A stretch of 12,588 nucleotides of DNA. Origin: Thermoplasmatota archaeon. GTDB taxonomy: Archaea > Thermoplasmatota > Penumbrarchaeia > Penumbrarchaeales > Penumbrarchaeaceae. Location: positions 1 to 12,588 of the forward strand of contig JARVGK010000050.1 of assembly GCA_029762535.1 (NCBI GenBank), in the 5' to 3' direction. A model generated the notes under the pieces. It saw nothing but the letters and a program-made list of their open reading frames with translations, was not told where the DNA came from and did no database searches. Numbering within the stretch: position 1 is the stretch's first letter; every line of letters starts with the position of its first letter. Of the stretch, positions 1-8,631 are shown piece after piece. Both the position numbers and the translations under genes were made by a program.

Positions 1-2
1 TA

Positions 3-944
3 GAGGAGTCGGAGATCACGTTCGAAGCCGGCAGCGGACGTCTCGAGTTCATGCTGACGAACTCTCTCGTCGGTTTGAACTTCTTCAACCTGACCGTTAT
101 GGACCGGGAAGGCGCCACCTCCACCGTAACGATCCAGACAGTTGTGGCGAACATCAACGATCCTGTCATAGCCCCAACGATCACATCGCCAGAGAACGGT
201 GTGGAGATCACGCTCAAGAAGGGGGAGAAGGTTGCATTCACCGCGGATCCGGCGGACGATCCCGACCTTCACATACCCAACTCGAACGAATATCTCACCT
301 ATAAGTGGGATTTCGGGGATGGAACGGTCAGGGAGACGGACCTCCTTACCCTCGAGCATGAGTATCGCAACAGCAACACGTATGTCGTAACGCTCACCGC
401 GACGGACAGCATGGGCCTTTCAAAGTCCCATTCTGTGACGATCACGGTGGAGATCGATGATGATAGGTCCTCACATGAAATAATAACGGTCAGTGACCCG
501 TTGGAATACGTTCCCTACATACTGCTAATCCTTGTCGTGGTCCTTGGGATCATCGGTGTGCTCATATTCATATTCAGGAAGGAGCCCCTCGCCGAGGTAG
601 CGGAGACCGAGGAAAAGGCCCATGAGGCCCTGATCGCCGAGCAGCAGGCTGAGACCCAGAGAGCACAGGAACTGCTCGGCAAGATCCTCTTGGAGTGCCG
701 GACCGACTCCGCCCTTGGTCAGGCCGAGCAGCATGCGGCGCTCCCGGCGGGCCCGGAGGAGCAGCAGCCGCCAATGGCCCCTGAACCTTACGATGCGGCG
801 CCCGTTCCTGCCCCTGAACCTGCAACCGAACCGGTTCCAGCCCCGGAGGAAGTGCCTCAGACGCAGCCCCCGGAGGAACCATTGGGTAATGCCCCGGGGT
901 CGGAAGGCGTTCAGGAGCCTCCGACATACCAGCCTCCCGAGTGA
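3..944 (+). CDS. PKD domain-containing single-pass membrane/surface protein with Pro/Glu-rich cytoplasmic tail (5'-partial)
   Basis: The frame is open from nt 3 (EESEITFEAGSGRLEFM...), so the gene starts outside the window. It has the PKD signature YKWDFGDG...HEY...TYVVTLTATD, a hydrophobic segment YILLILVVVLGIIGVLIFIF followed by RK, then an acidic helical stretch and a Pro/Glu-rich tail. Confidence 0.85.
   Translation, partial: EESEITFEAGSGRLEFMLTNSLVGLNFFNLTVMDREGATSTVTIQTVVANINDPVIAPTITSPENGVEITLKKGEKVAFTADPADDPDLHIPNSNEYLTYKWDFGDGTVRETDLLTLEHEYRNSNTYVVTLTATDSMGLSKSHSVTITVEIDDDRSSHEIITVSDPLEYVPYILLILVVVLGIIGVLIFIFRKEPLAEVAETEEKAHEALIAEQQAETQRAQELLGKILLECRTDSALGQAEQHAALPAGPEEQQPPMAPEPYDAAPVPAPEPATEPVPAPEEVPQTQPPEEPLGNAPGSEGVQEPPTYQPPE
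801..848 (+). repeat. Degenerate coding repeat PVPAPE x2 in the Pro-rich tail
   Basis: cccgttcctgcccctgaa (801-818) and ccggttccagccccggag (831-848) both encode PVPAPE and differ only at synonymous positions. Confidence 0.6.
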
Positions 945-954
945 GCCTTAAATC

Positions 955-1749
955 TTAATTAAGGTCCAGGTGAAGGCAGTCACCGCTGTGAACGATGGTC
1001 AGCCTCCGGTCCTGTTTCAGAACAAGGGCCCCGCTCCCATCCAACCCGACAGCGGTGCCTCCGATGATACCAGTAGGGGTCTCCACCGATACCTCTTTAC
1101 CTATCGTTGAGGACCTATCCGTCCACTCTCCGAGTATAGTATCAATACCTCCATCCAGAAAACGCCCGTAAAGCATATCAAGGATGTATAACAGGTCCGT
1201 CGTGAGGTCCTTCAGTTCCACGTAACTACCTTCATCCTCAAGGCTTGTGGCCTCATAATTCCCTGCGGTCGGGGGCTCGAGAAATGACCTCACATTGATG
1301 CCGATGCCGACTATTATGAATTCCAGGGACTCTCCCTTGAAAGAGGATTCCGATAGTATGCCGCAGACCTTGCGGTCTCCGATGAGCACGTCATTGGGCC
1401 ATTTCAGGGAGGTCGATATTCCACAGCTGGTCGAGATCGCCTTCGATACCGCCAGACCGGCCAATAGAGGGATCGCGCTCGCTCCCTCGACATCCGGCGG
1501 CGGTCTGAGAATGACGGAAAGGTAGAGCCCACCCGAAGGAGAGGACCAATTCCGGCCATTCCTACCCCTGCCCCCGGTCTGTTCAAGAGCTATAACGACC
1601 GTACCCTCGCGGGCTCCCTGTGATGCCAGAGAACGCGCCGTTGAATTGGTGGATATAAGAGAAGGGTATTCTCTGATATCGCATCCTATGACGTTGCAGA
1701 AGGTCATTTTCAGACCGATGGACGAACTCAAGGGAACACTTGTCTCCAT
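955..1749 (-). CDS. birA: Biotin--[acetyl-CoA-carboxylase] ligase (monofunctional, no N-terminal HTH)
   Basis: Motifs STN, QTGGRGRNGRNWSSP, GGLYLSVIL, LKWPNDV, KVCGIL, GIGINV and a C-terminal SH3-like segment (GLDGSGALVL...SGD). Confidence 0.96.
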   Translation of the reverse strand: METSVPLSSSIGLKMTFCNVIGCDIREYPSLISTNSTARSLASQGAREGTVVIALEQTGGRGRNGRNWSSPSGGLYLSVILRPPPDVEGASAIPLLAGLAVSKAISTSCGISTSLKWPNDVLIGDRKVCGILSESSFKGESLEFIIVGIGINVRSFLEPPTAGNYEATSLEDEGSYVELKDLTTDLLYILDMLYGRFLDGGIDTILGEWTDRSSTIGKEVSVETPTGIIGGTAVGLDGSGALVLKQDRRLTIVHSGDCLHLDLN

Positions 1750-1764
1750 GAGCGATTCATATAA

Positions 1765-1778
1765 CTAATTATTTATCG
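1765..1778 (-). promoter_or_regulatory. Putative archaeal TATA box for birA (probably leaderless)
   Basis: The minus strand reads GATAAATAATTAG about 21 nt before the ATG at 1749, an AT island in GC-rich DNA, with no SD. Confidence 0.5.
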
Positions 1779-1793
1779 GATCCCAGAGCCGTT

Positions 1794-2873
1794 TCAGATC
1801 GTGAAAAGCACATCTCGCTGGGATGAGAACCTCACGACGTGCTCGAAAGGGTTCTCCATCCAGTATGGGTCCGAGGGAGCTTTCAGAACTGCCAGGTGCC
1901 CATTATCGCCGATCGCGGGCCAACCGTCACTCCACCAGGGCGTCCAATCGATCAACATGTCCCCGAGTTTCGTCCCAGAGAGCGGCTCTCCTGAGGCCAT
2001 GGAGAATACCTTCCGCGCGTTATCGGGCGACGGGGCCTGATTTCTGAGTAGAAGATAGGCCGCCTCCATCTCGCGGAACATGTCCTGTCTGACGGCCATC
2101 GAATTATCGGTCCCGAGAACTATGCGGGACCCGCACTCGATCATCGCCGAGATGGGAACCCGAAGTCCGAATGCGGAGTTGGCCCGAGGGCAGATGCAGA
2201 TGGGTGTATTTTTGCTTGAGAGCTCATTCCAATCATCCTCGGTCGAGGATATCATATGTATGACCAGGTCCGGGTCCAGTTCCAATACGCGTACGACATC
2301 CTCCCTATACAGCTCCGAGGCGTGGACCGTATATGGTCTATTCAAACTCCTAGCGATGCGCCTATGGTCCGGGTCCGCGGAGTCAAGAGAAGGTATCCCC
2401 AATCCATCGGAGGCTTCAAGGAGCGTTTCGATATCCTCATTCGCTCCCGGTCGGCCCAGGACCCTTACGCAACGGTCCGGGCCCATGGCCTTCTTTGCGA
2501 TATCGACCCCCTTGGCCCCACCCTCTCTGAAGTCGAGAACCAGCGATGACCCGATCTTTGCCTCTGACAGTGCCTGTGAATAGGATGATATCAGGGATCT
2601 ATCGGGGCTATTGATGAGGAATCTGTGCTTTGCTCCCCCCGGGTGAACTGCCGAGGCAAGGTCATAAGGAAGTGGCCCTCTGGCTCCGCAGTCTCCCAGA
2701 TGCGTGTGCATGTTCATGAGGCCGGGTATGATGATCCCCTCAATCTCAGGGATATCGAGGGATGGAGGTTCGCCGGCACCGACGTCGCATATTACCCCTT
2801 TGCGGATCGTGACGTAACCTTGGTAAAGGCCGTTGTTTCCGAGTATGTGTCCCTTGAGGAGGGCGGAGCGCAT
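1794..2873 (-). CDS. Metal-dependent amidohydrolase family protein (deaminase-like, substrate unknown)
   Basis: IIPGLMNMHTHLGD (HxH), HASE (HxxE), VIHM, CPRAN and LGTDN are the metal and catalytic motifs of the Amidohydro_1 TIM barrel. Confidence 0.88.
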   Translation of the reverse strand: MRSALLKGHILGNNGLYQGYVTIRKGVICDVGAGEPPSLDIPEIEGIIIPGLMNMHTHLGDCGARGPLPYDLASAVHPGGAKHRFLINSPDRSLISSYSQALSEAKIGSSLVLDFREGGAKGVDIAKKAMGPDRCVRVLGRPGANEDIETLLEASDGLGIPSLDSADPDHRRIARSLNRPYTVHASELYREDVVRVLELDPDLVIHMISSTEDDWNELSSKNTPICICPRANSAFGLRVPISAMIECGSRIVLGTDNSMAVRQDMFREMEAAYLLLRNQAPSPDNARKVFSMASGEPLSGTKLGDMLIDWTPWWSDGWPAIGDNGHLAVLKAPSDPYWMENPFEHVVRFSSQRDVLFTI

Positions 2874-2894
2874 CGGCCCTGAAACGGCATCATC

Positions 2895-2903
2895 GATATA
2901 AAT
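2895..2903 (-). promoter_or_regulatory. TATA box for amidohydrolase (leaderless geometry)
   Basis: Minus-strand TTTATAT; the TTTATA hexamer ends 24 nt before the ATG at 2873, with no SD. Confidence 0.6.
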
Positions 2904-2921
2904 CAGAACGGTCCCGGACGA

Positions 2922-2946
2922 TTTGTATAATAGGTTTAAATAAATT
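2922..2946 (+). promoter_or_regulatory. AT-rich promoter region (TATAA / TTTAAATA) for the degT-GT4 operon
   Basis: TTTGTATAATAGGTTTAAATAAATT in the divergent intergenic region, with an SD-like AGGGGA at 2990-2995 before ATG 3002. Confidence 0.55.
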
Positions 2947-3001
2947 CAGGGCCTAGATGGAACGGTTCCTCGATAAGGGACCAAGCGTTAGGGGATCGTA
3001 A

Positions 3002-4087
3002 ATGAAGATAGAAATGAACAGGATGTTCGTCGATGACGAGATCAGGAAGGCCGTCATGGAAACTCTCGAGAGCGGGAGATATGTTAAGGGGCCCATGGCG
3101 GGCAGGTTCGAGGATAGGTTCAAGGAGTTGACCGGTTCCAGATACGCGATATCGTGCAGCTCGGGCTCGTCGGCCCTGATGCTCGCATTCAAGGCGATCG
3201 GGATATCCTCGGGGGACGAGGTCATAGTCCCATCCCACACGTTCGCGGCCACGATCAATGGTTTCTGGCATTTCGGGGCAAGGCCAAGGTTCGTGGACAT
3301 CGACCCGGAGACATTCACGATGGACCCGGAGCTGGTAAAGGAAGCCATCACCAGCAGGACCCGGGCCATAGCACCGGTTCATATATACGGGCATCCTGTT
3401 GAAATGGGACCGATACTCGATATGGCTTACGAGCACGATCTAAAGGTCGTTTGTGACGCCGCACAGTCCCACGGGGCCATCTACAAGGGCAGGGACATCG
3501 GCGTCATGGGGGATATCACATGTTATTCCTTCTTCCCTTCGAAGATAGTCACCGTCGCGGGCGAAGGAGGGATGGTGACCACTGATAACGAAGAGCTCTA
3601 CGAGACCATGCTCGCCTTGAGGAACCACGGCCGCTTGCCCGCGGAGAGGGATGTCCATCATATGGCAGGCTTCAACATGCGGTTGCCCGAGATACTCTCA
3701 GCGGTCGGGAGCGTTCAGTTGAAACATATGGATGAATGGATAGAAAGAAGAAGGGAGATCGCCAGGAGATACGATGAAGGGCTTGAGAGGATCGAAGGCC
3801 TGACCCTACCCGTGGAAAGGCCCTGGGCAAAGCACGTGTATTACCTGTACGTCGTTAGAACCGATAGAAGGGATGAGCTGAAGGAGCATCTGAAGGCATC
3901 GCAGATCGATACAGCAGTGCACTATCCCGTCCCTGTGCATAGAATGCCTTACATCGATGATCCTCCCTGGCTTCCCAAAACCGAACAGGCCGTGAAAGAG
4001 ATACTATCATTGCCCTTGCATCCACTTCTTGGCGATGATGAGGCCGATCGAGTGATCGGGTCAGTGAGGTCGTTCTTCAAGGGATAG
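3002..4087 (+). CDS. DegT/DnrJ/EryC1/StrS family PLP-dependent nucleotide-sugar aminotransferase
   Basis: SSGSSAL, GDEVIVPSHTFAAT, PVHIYG, DAAQSHGA, SFFPSK (PLP lysine), GEGGMV, GFNMRL, HYPVPVH and LSLPLHP. Confidence 0.96.
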   Translation: MKIEMNRMFVDDEIRKAVMETLESGRYVKGPMAGRFEDRFKELTGSRYAISCSSGSSALMLAFKAIGISSGDEVIVPSHTFAATINGFWHFGARPRFVDIDPETFTMDPELVKEAITSRTRAIAPVHIYGHPVEMGPILDMAYEHDLKVVCDAAQSHGAIYKGRDIGVMGDITCYSFFPSKIVTVAGEGGMVTTDNEELYETMLALRNHGRLPAERDVHHMAGFNMRLPEILSAVGSVQLKHMDEWIERRREIARRYDEGLERIEGLTLPVERPWAKHVYYLYVVRTDRRDELKEHLKASQIDTAVHYPVPVHRMPYIDDPPWLPKTEQAVKEILSLPLHPLLGDDEADRVIGSVRSFFKG

Positions 4088-4097
4088 GTGGGGTAAT

Positions 4098-5288
4098 TTG
4101 CTCATCGCGCACATCGTCTCCTACATTCAACCCGAGTTCGGTTACGAGGAGTACTACAGCGCCAGGGAACAGGCGGCTCTGGGCCATGATGTCCACGTGA
4201 TAACATCCGACAGGATATTCCCCTTCAAGGATGTGGAGAGGATGTTATCGGATGTGGGCTCCGAACACAAGGATCGAAATAGACCTGCTGGCGTAGAAGA
4301 GTTCGAGGGGTTCAAGATACACAGGGGCAGGACCAGATACGAGGTCCTGTACGATTATATCGTATACGATGGGGTCGAGAAGGCCCTTAGGGGGCTCTCT
4401 CCCGAGGTGGTCCACGCTCACGGACCATGGCAGTACGGGACCCGCGTGGCGGCCAGGTTGAAGACGCAGTTGAAATACGCACTGGTGATAGATGAGCATG
4501 CCTATTCCACCACTTACGATCAGGCCCCCAGCCTAAGGAACGCACTCCTCGATATAGAGTACAGGACCCTTAGGGCCCCCAAGGCCAGGTATGCCCTTTC
4601 CAGGGCCGATGCCGTTGTGGCGGTCTCGGATGAGACCGAGCGTTTCCTGAGAGAGTTCTACAAGATAGAGAACGTCCACATGATACCTCTTGGTGTGGAT
4701 CACAGGCTCTTTTGCAGGGACCAAAACTCCCGCAGAAGGGTCAGATCGGAGATCGGGATCGGAGACGATGACCTCCTGTTGGTCAGCGCCGGAAGGATCG
4801 AGAGGGCCAAAAGGCTTGAACTGATAATTGAAGGAGCCATGCTATCGGATGACAGGATGAGGCTGATCATCGTGGGGCAGGGGGACCGAGAGTATATCGA
4901 TGAGCTCGTTTCGATGGCGGACGAGAGGGTGACGTTCGCAGGGTTCAAAACGGCAAAAGAGCTTTCGTCGATATACAGTGCATCCGATATCGGATTATGG
5001 GGAAAGGCCTCGATCACCATCCGCGAGGCCATGTCATGCTCGCTTCCACTTGTACTCCTCGACACACCTGATATGGCATCGCTTCTCCGATGGGATAATG
5101 GGATATCCTGCGAGCTGACGCCCAAAGGTGTCTCTCTCGCCATCACCAAATTGATGAACGATCCGAAGCTTCGAAACCGGATGGGAAGCAACGGTCGCAG
5201 AGCTGTTGAGGGACAACTGTCCGTGGAGGTCCAGTCGCGGTCCCTGATCGATATCTATGGAAAGGCCATTTCCGATCGTATCCCATAA
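4098..5288 (+). CDS. Glycosyltransferase family 4 (GT-B) protein
   Basis: TTG start behind SD AGGTGGGG that overlaps the degT stop. Motifs GHDVHVITS, PEVVHAH, ADAVVAVS, IPLGVD, AGRIERAKRL, EAMSCSLP and RMGSNGR. Confidence 0.92.
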   Translation: MLIAHIVSYIQPEFGYEEYYSAREQAALGHDVHVITSDRIFPFKDVERMLSDVGSEHKDRNRPAGVEEFEGFKIHRGRTRYEVLYDYIVYDGVEKALRGLSPEVVHAHGPWQYGTRVAARLKTQLKYALVIDEHAYSTTYDQAPSLRNALLDIEYRTLRAPKARYALSRADAVVAVSDETERFLREFYKIENVHMIPLGVDHRLFCRDQNSRRRVRSEIGIGDDDLLLVSAGRIERAKRLELIIEGAMLSDDRMRLIIVGQGDREYIDELVSMADERVTFAGFKTAKELSSIYSASDIGLWGKASITIREAMSCSLPLVLLDTPDMASLLRWDNGISCELTPKGVSLAITKLMNDPKLRNRMGSNGRRAVEGQLSVEVQSRSLIDIYGKAISDRIP

Positions 5289-5293
5289 AGGGG

Positions 5294-7828
5294 TTAAATG
5301 GTCCCACGCATTCCGCAGTGGGGGCATTTGATCGGAAGACCGCCCTTGGGCAAGGGGTCATCCACGTTGGTTCTGAACTTCCTTGTACACGATGGGCATT
5401 CCAGGGTCATTTTCACCTTGTAGGGTGGTCGGGACGTTCCGCTCGTTCCCTTCGAAGGCCTCTGCCTCTCATCGACGTTCCTCTTGAGCGAGATCCCCTC
5501 ATTGCCCTCTTTCATCTCCTTCTTTTTACCGCTGAGGGCGAATTCGTCCCTGTTGGCGGGTCTCAGGTCAAGGACGGTCGGTCCCTGGACCCTTTCGACC
5601 TCCTCGAGCCTTATGTATTGCGGGTCGTGAACGATCCCCACGTCCTCCAGGTCATGCTCCAGTCGTCTCTTCCTGCTGCCTCTGAGATATGCTATCATCA
5701 TTATGATGAAGAGCATGAAAAACGCGATCGGCACGATCATGAGGAGGAATGCTGACAGGTTACCCCTGAGTATGGGAGATGTTCCATCCTGTGAGATCTC
5801 GATCGTCACGAAGGTCTCGTTGGTGGCTCCCCATCGGTCCCTCGCTTGAAGCATCACCCTGCCCTCTCCTGCAACAGAAGGGGTCCATCTGATCCTCTCC
5901 CCGATCCGGACGGTCCCGTCGGGCATTGTCCAGGTGAAGGTCATGGTGTCCCCGTCCGGATCGAACGAGTCGGATGCGGACAGGACGATCTCCTCGTTCA
6001 CCCTGACATCGTCCGATCCTTCGATCCTGATGACCGCCACCGGAGGACTGTTCATGGGATCGGACGGAGCGATGAATGTGACCGAGGGGGCCCTGGAGTT
6101 CATGTTGCCCCATACATCCACGGCTACCACGGATACGTGGTATCTTTGGGAGGGCTCAAGGTCCAAGAGCAGAAATCCAGGTGTTGCTGAAGGTTCTATC
6201 ATGACCTCTGGAGATAGGAGCGTGAGGTCGTTGAGGGGTTCGTTGGATAGATACAGTCTGTACAAATCCAGGTCGGGATCGGACGAAGGGTTCCAGTTAA
6301 TGGAAACGACGCCTCCCTCCTGGACCTCGTACCTCAATCCCGTAACGGGATCGGGAGGGGTATCATCGTTCGGGTCACCTCCCATGGGGACTATCATCAC
6401 ATCGTCTAACATCCACCCTCCGCCCGTGCCCTCCTCTCCCGAGGTGGCCTGGAAGGAAATGTGACCGATGCGCCCGGTCAAAGCGGAAAGGTCGAATGAC
6501 TCCGATCTCCAATCAGCCTCTCCCGTAAATGCCCTGATCCCGCCGATGGGTCCCGACCTGCCATCGATAAGAGTGGATCCATAACCACTTTCCGGCTCGA
6601 TGATCCGGCTCTCATTTCCGTAATGGGCCATAACGACCCCCCCGCAAGTACCGGTGGGGCCCATGAAAGAGTAGGAATGATAGATGTGCAGCATCGCGCT
6701 CGAGGTCCTTCTCATATCCAGCTCGGCAGTTCGCATGAACGCCCCCATCTCTCCCGAGAACCCTATCGTCATTCCTTGATGTATGGTCGTTGCTATGCCT
6801 GCGACCCTTCCACCGGAGGGTGTCCTAACATCCGGTTCAGCGAGGGGATAGAAGGATGGATCGTCCATTATCGGAAAGATCCAGTTCTCGCTGTTCTCCT
6901 CGAACGACTCGTGGAATATCGGGTCCACCACCTCTATAAGCCTCTCTCTTACGAGGATCGATCTGTCGGGCAGGACTTTATACAACTTTATCCTCATTCC
7001 GCCAGCTGAGTTGGGACGCAGTGTGAATAGGGCTTTGTCGTCCCCAGTCTCGGTTATATCATGTGAGACCATATCGATGATCTTCCCATCGATCAGCGCA
7101 AGAAGCTCGACAGAGGCACCCTGGGGGACCCTGTTGTGATCGAGGGATACGCTGCAGGACGTGGTGAAATCCCTTCCAAGGGCAACGATCCCCGGTATGA
7201 ATATATCGGAAAGTGATATAACGTCCTCATCGAACGGTATGGTCTCAATGTTGATGTCATCTATGAAAACACCGGCACCGCGTCTGCCATCGGGTTCGTC
7301 CTTTAAATGGAACCTGAGGGTCAGGGTCGCCGGTCCCTTCATGGGGATCGCGTATTCCCGCTCGACCCAATCCCCACCCGTGGTCCTGGAATAGACATCG
7401 AGCCGGGTCCAGTTCAGTTCGTCCCAACTGTATTCCATATCGCAAAGGTCCGAGGCCTCCTGGGCCGTTGGGCCCTCGAGAAGTGACGAGAGATCGAACC
7501 AGATATGGAATGAAACGGAGGCCGCCAGCGCGTCCTCGTCAATTTCCACATGTATGTAGAGGGTCGAGTCGGTGCCATTGGGATAAGTTCCGTTCAGAGG
7601 GGATCCCCAGCAGCGAAGGCCGCTCCATGACCTGCCGGGACCGGGAACATCCTCGGTTCCGGTTCCAGGTATCCCCCACTCCCATGGATCGATGTCTCCG
7701 ATGGAATACATGCCCCCGTCATCGTCCTCCAGATCATGGACGATCGAGAACGCATCGGATGCGATGTAGGCCGAAGGTGCCAGTATGACGGCGAACGCGA
7801 TAAGGGCGAAGAGGATTTTCTTGTCCAC
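5294..7828 (-). CDS. Large cell-surface membrane protein: signal peptide, two MAM/immune-inhibitor-A-like beta-sandwich domains, FN3, PKD, TM helix, cytoplasmic C-terminal zinc ribbon
   Basis: GTG start and N-terminal MDKK plus hydrophobic stretch. WEWG.P...CWG...G.Y...GVFIDDINI and FHESFE...W...FDLS...GWMLDDV jelly-roll motifs, DTPPDPVTGL...W...Y...YHVSVVAVD..GN (FN3), NSPPVA...SASDSFDPDGD..TFTW (PKD), TM FLLMIVPIAFFMLFIIMMIAYL, and CPSC...CPHCG at the C-terminus. Confidence 0.85.
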   Translation of the reverse strand: MDKKILFALIAFAVILAPSAYIASDAFSIVHDLEDDDGGMYSIGDIDPWEWGIPGTGTEDVPGPGRSWSGLRCWGSPLNGTYPNGTDSTLYIHVEIDEDALAASVSFHIWFDLSSLLEGPTAQEASDLCDMEYSWDELNWTRLDVYSRTTGGDWVEREYAIPMKGPATLTLRFHLKDEPDGRRGAGVFIDDINIETIPFDEDVISLSDIFIPGIVALGRDFTTSCSVSLDHNRVPQGASVELLALIDGKIIDMVSHDITETGDDKALFTLRPNSAGGMRIKLYKVLPDRSILVRERLIEVVDPIFHESFEENSENWIFPIMDDPSFYPLAEPDVRTPSGGRVAGIATTIHQGMTIGFSGEMGAFMRTAELDMRRTSSAMLHIYHSYSFMGPTGTCGGVVMAHYGNESRIIEPESGYGSTLIDGRSGPIGGIRAFTGEADWRSESFDLSALTGRIGHISFQATSGEEGTGGGWMLDDVMIVPMGGDPNDDTPPDPVTGLRYEVQEGGVVSINWNPSSDPDLDLYRLYLSNEPLNDLTLLSPEVMIEPSATPGFLLLDLEPSQRYHVSVVAVDVWGNMNSRAPSVTFIAPSDPMNSPPVAVIRIEGSDDVRVNEEIVLSASDSFDPDGDTMTFTWTMPDGTVRIGERIRWTPSVAGEGRVMLQARDRWGATNETFVTIEISQDGTSPILRGNLSAFLLMIVPIAFFMLFIIMMIAYLRGSRKRRLEHDLEDVGIVHDPQYIRLEEVERVQGPTVLDLRPANRDEFALSGKKKEMKEGNEGISLKRNVDERQRPSKGTSGTSRPPYKVKMTLECPSCTRKFRTNVDDPLPKGGLPIKCPHCGMRGTI

Positions 7829-7872
7829 GGGCTTAAAAGGACCTCAAGGTTATTGAAACTTACCCGATTAGT

Positions 7873-8631
7873 TCAGCCTTCATCCAATATCCTCTCCATC
7901 GCATCGAACAACGCCTCCAGGCCGGATGAGGCCCCCATCCTTATGCTGACATCCGCGACCGACCCGGTCAACGCGGTCTCGGTAGGATCCATCTCGACCA
8001 CGGGAAAGCCCCTGTCATGAACGATCCCGGGCAGTGAGGCGGCAGGATACACGATCCCCGACGTGCCGATCACAAGAACACCCTTGCATCCATAGCATGA
8101 CTCCCTGGCGCTCATCAGTGCACTCATCGGCAGGTCCTCCCCGTACAGGACCACCTCCGGTCTCTTCATACCCCCGCAGTAACAGTTTATCTGGAACGCC
8201 TCCAGGCCTTCGGGGTCCAGCGTTTCGGTAAATGAGCATTTCATGCATCGTATCCTCCTTGCGTTCCCGTGCAGCTCGATGACGTTTTGGGAACCTGCGA
8301 GACCGTGGAACCCATCGACGTTCTGGGTGATCACCGGCCCGCACCAATTCATCATCTCCATTTTTGCGAGAAGTTCGTGGGCACGGTTAGGCCTTGCCGA
8401 TATCGAGGATCGGATGATCTCGAGAAGGAGCTCCCACGTCCTCTCGGGATGCTCCAAAAAAGTATCGATGTGACCGTACTCGTACGGGTCGTATCTGCTC
8501 CAGAGACCTTCAGGGCCGTGGAACGTCGGGATCCCGGACTCGACCGAGATACCAGCCCCCGTCAACACAGGAAACGGTCTTGCCTGGAGCAGGAGCCTCG
8601 CGGCCTTAACGAGCTCATCACCGGGCTTCAT
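7873..8631 (-). CDS. cobB: NAD-dependent protein deacylase, Sir2/CobB family
   Basis: LTGAGISVESGIPTF, PNRAH, ITQNVDGFH, ELHGN, Zn ligands CMKC/CYC, RPEVVLYGE and GTSGIVYPAA. I moved the start from GTG 8655 to ATG 8631 because SD-like GGATGTGA lies 4 nt upstream of it. Confidence 0.93.
   Translation of the reverse strand: MKPGDELVKAARLLLQARPFPVLTGAGISVESGIPTFHGPEGLWSRYDPYEYGHIDTFLEHPERTWELLLEIIRSSISARPNRAHELLAKMEMMNWCGPVITQNVDGFHGLAGSQNVIELHGNARRIRCMKCSFTETLDPEGLEAFQINCYCGGMKRPEVVLYGEDLPMSALMSARESCYGCKGVLVIGTSGIVYPAASLPGIVHDRGFPVVEMDPTETALTGSVADVSIRMGASSGLEALFDAMERILDEG

Noticed and set aside
945-962. TTAATTAA palindrome between convergent genes as a terminator or recombination site
   Set aside because: It is only 8 bp, is formed from the birA stop and last codons, and has no supporting structure.
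5286-5296. TAAAGGGGT after the GT4 stop as an SD for a hidden downstream gene (ORF 5318-5755)
   Set aside because: The region is occupied by the 844-aa gene on the opposite strand and the plus-strand ORF is motif-less. This also weakens reading the same word at 12561 as an SD.
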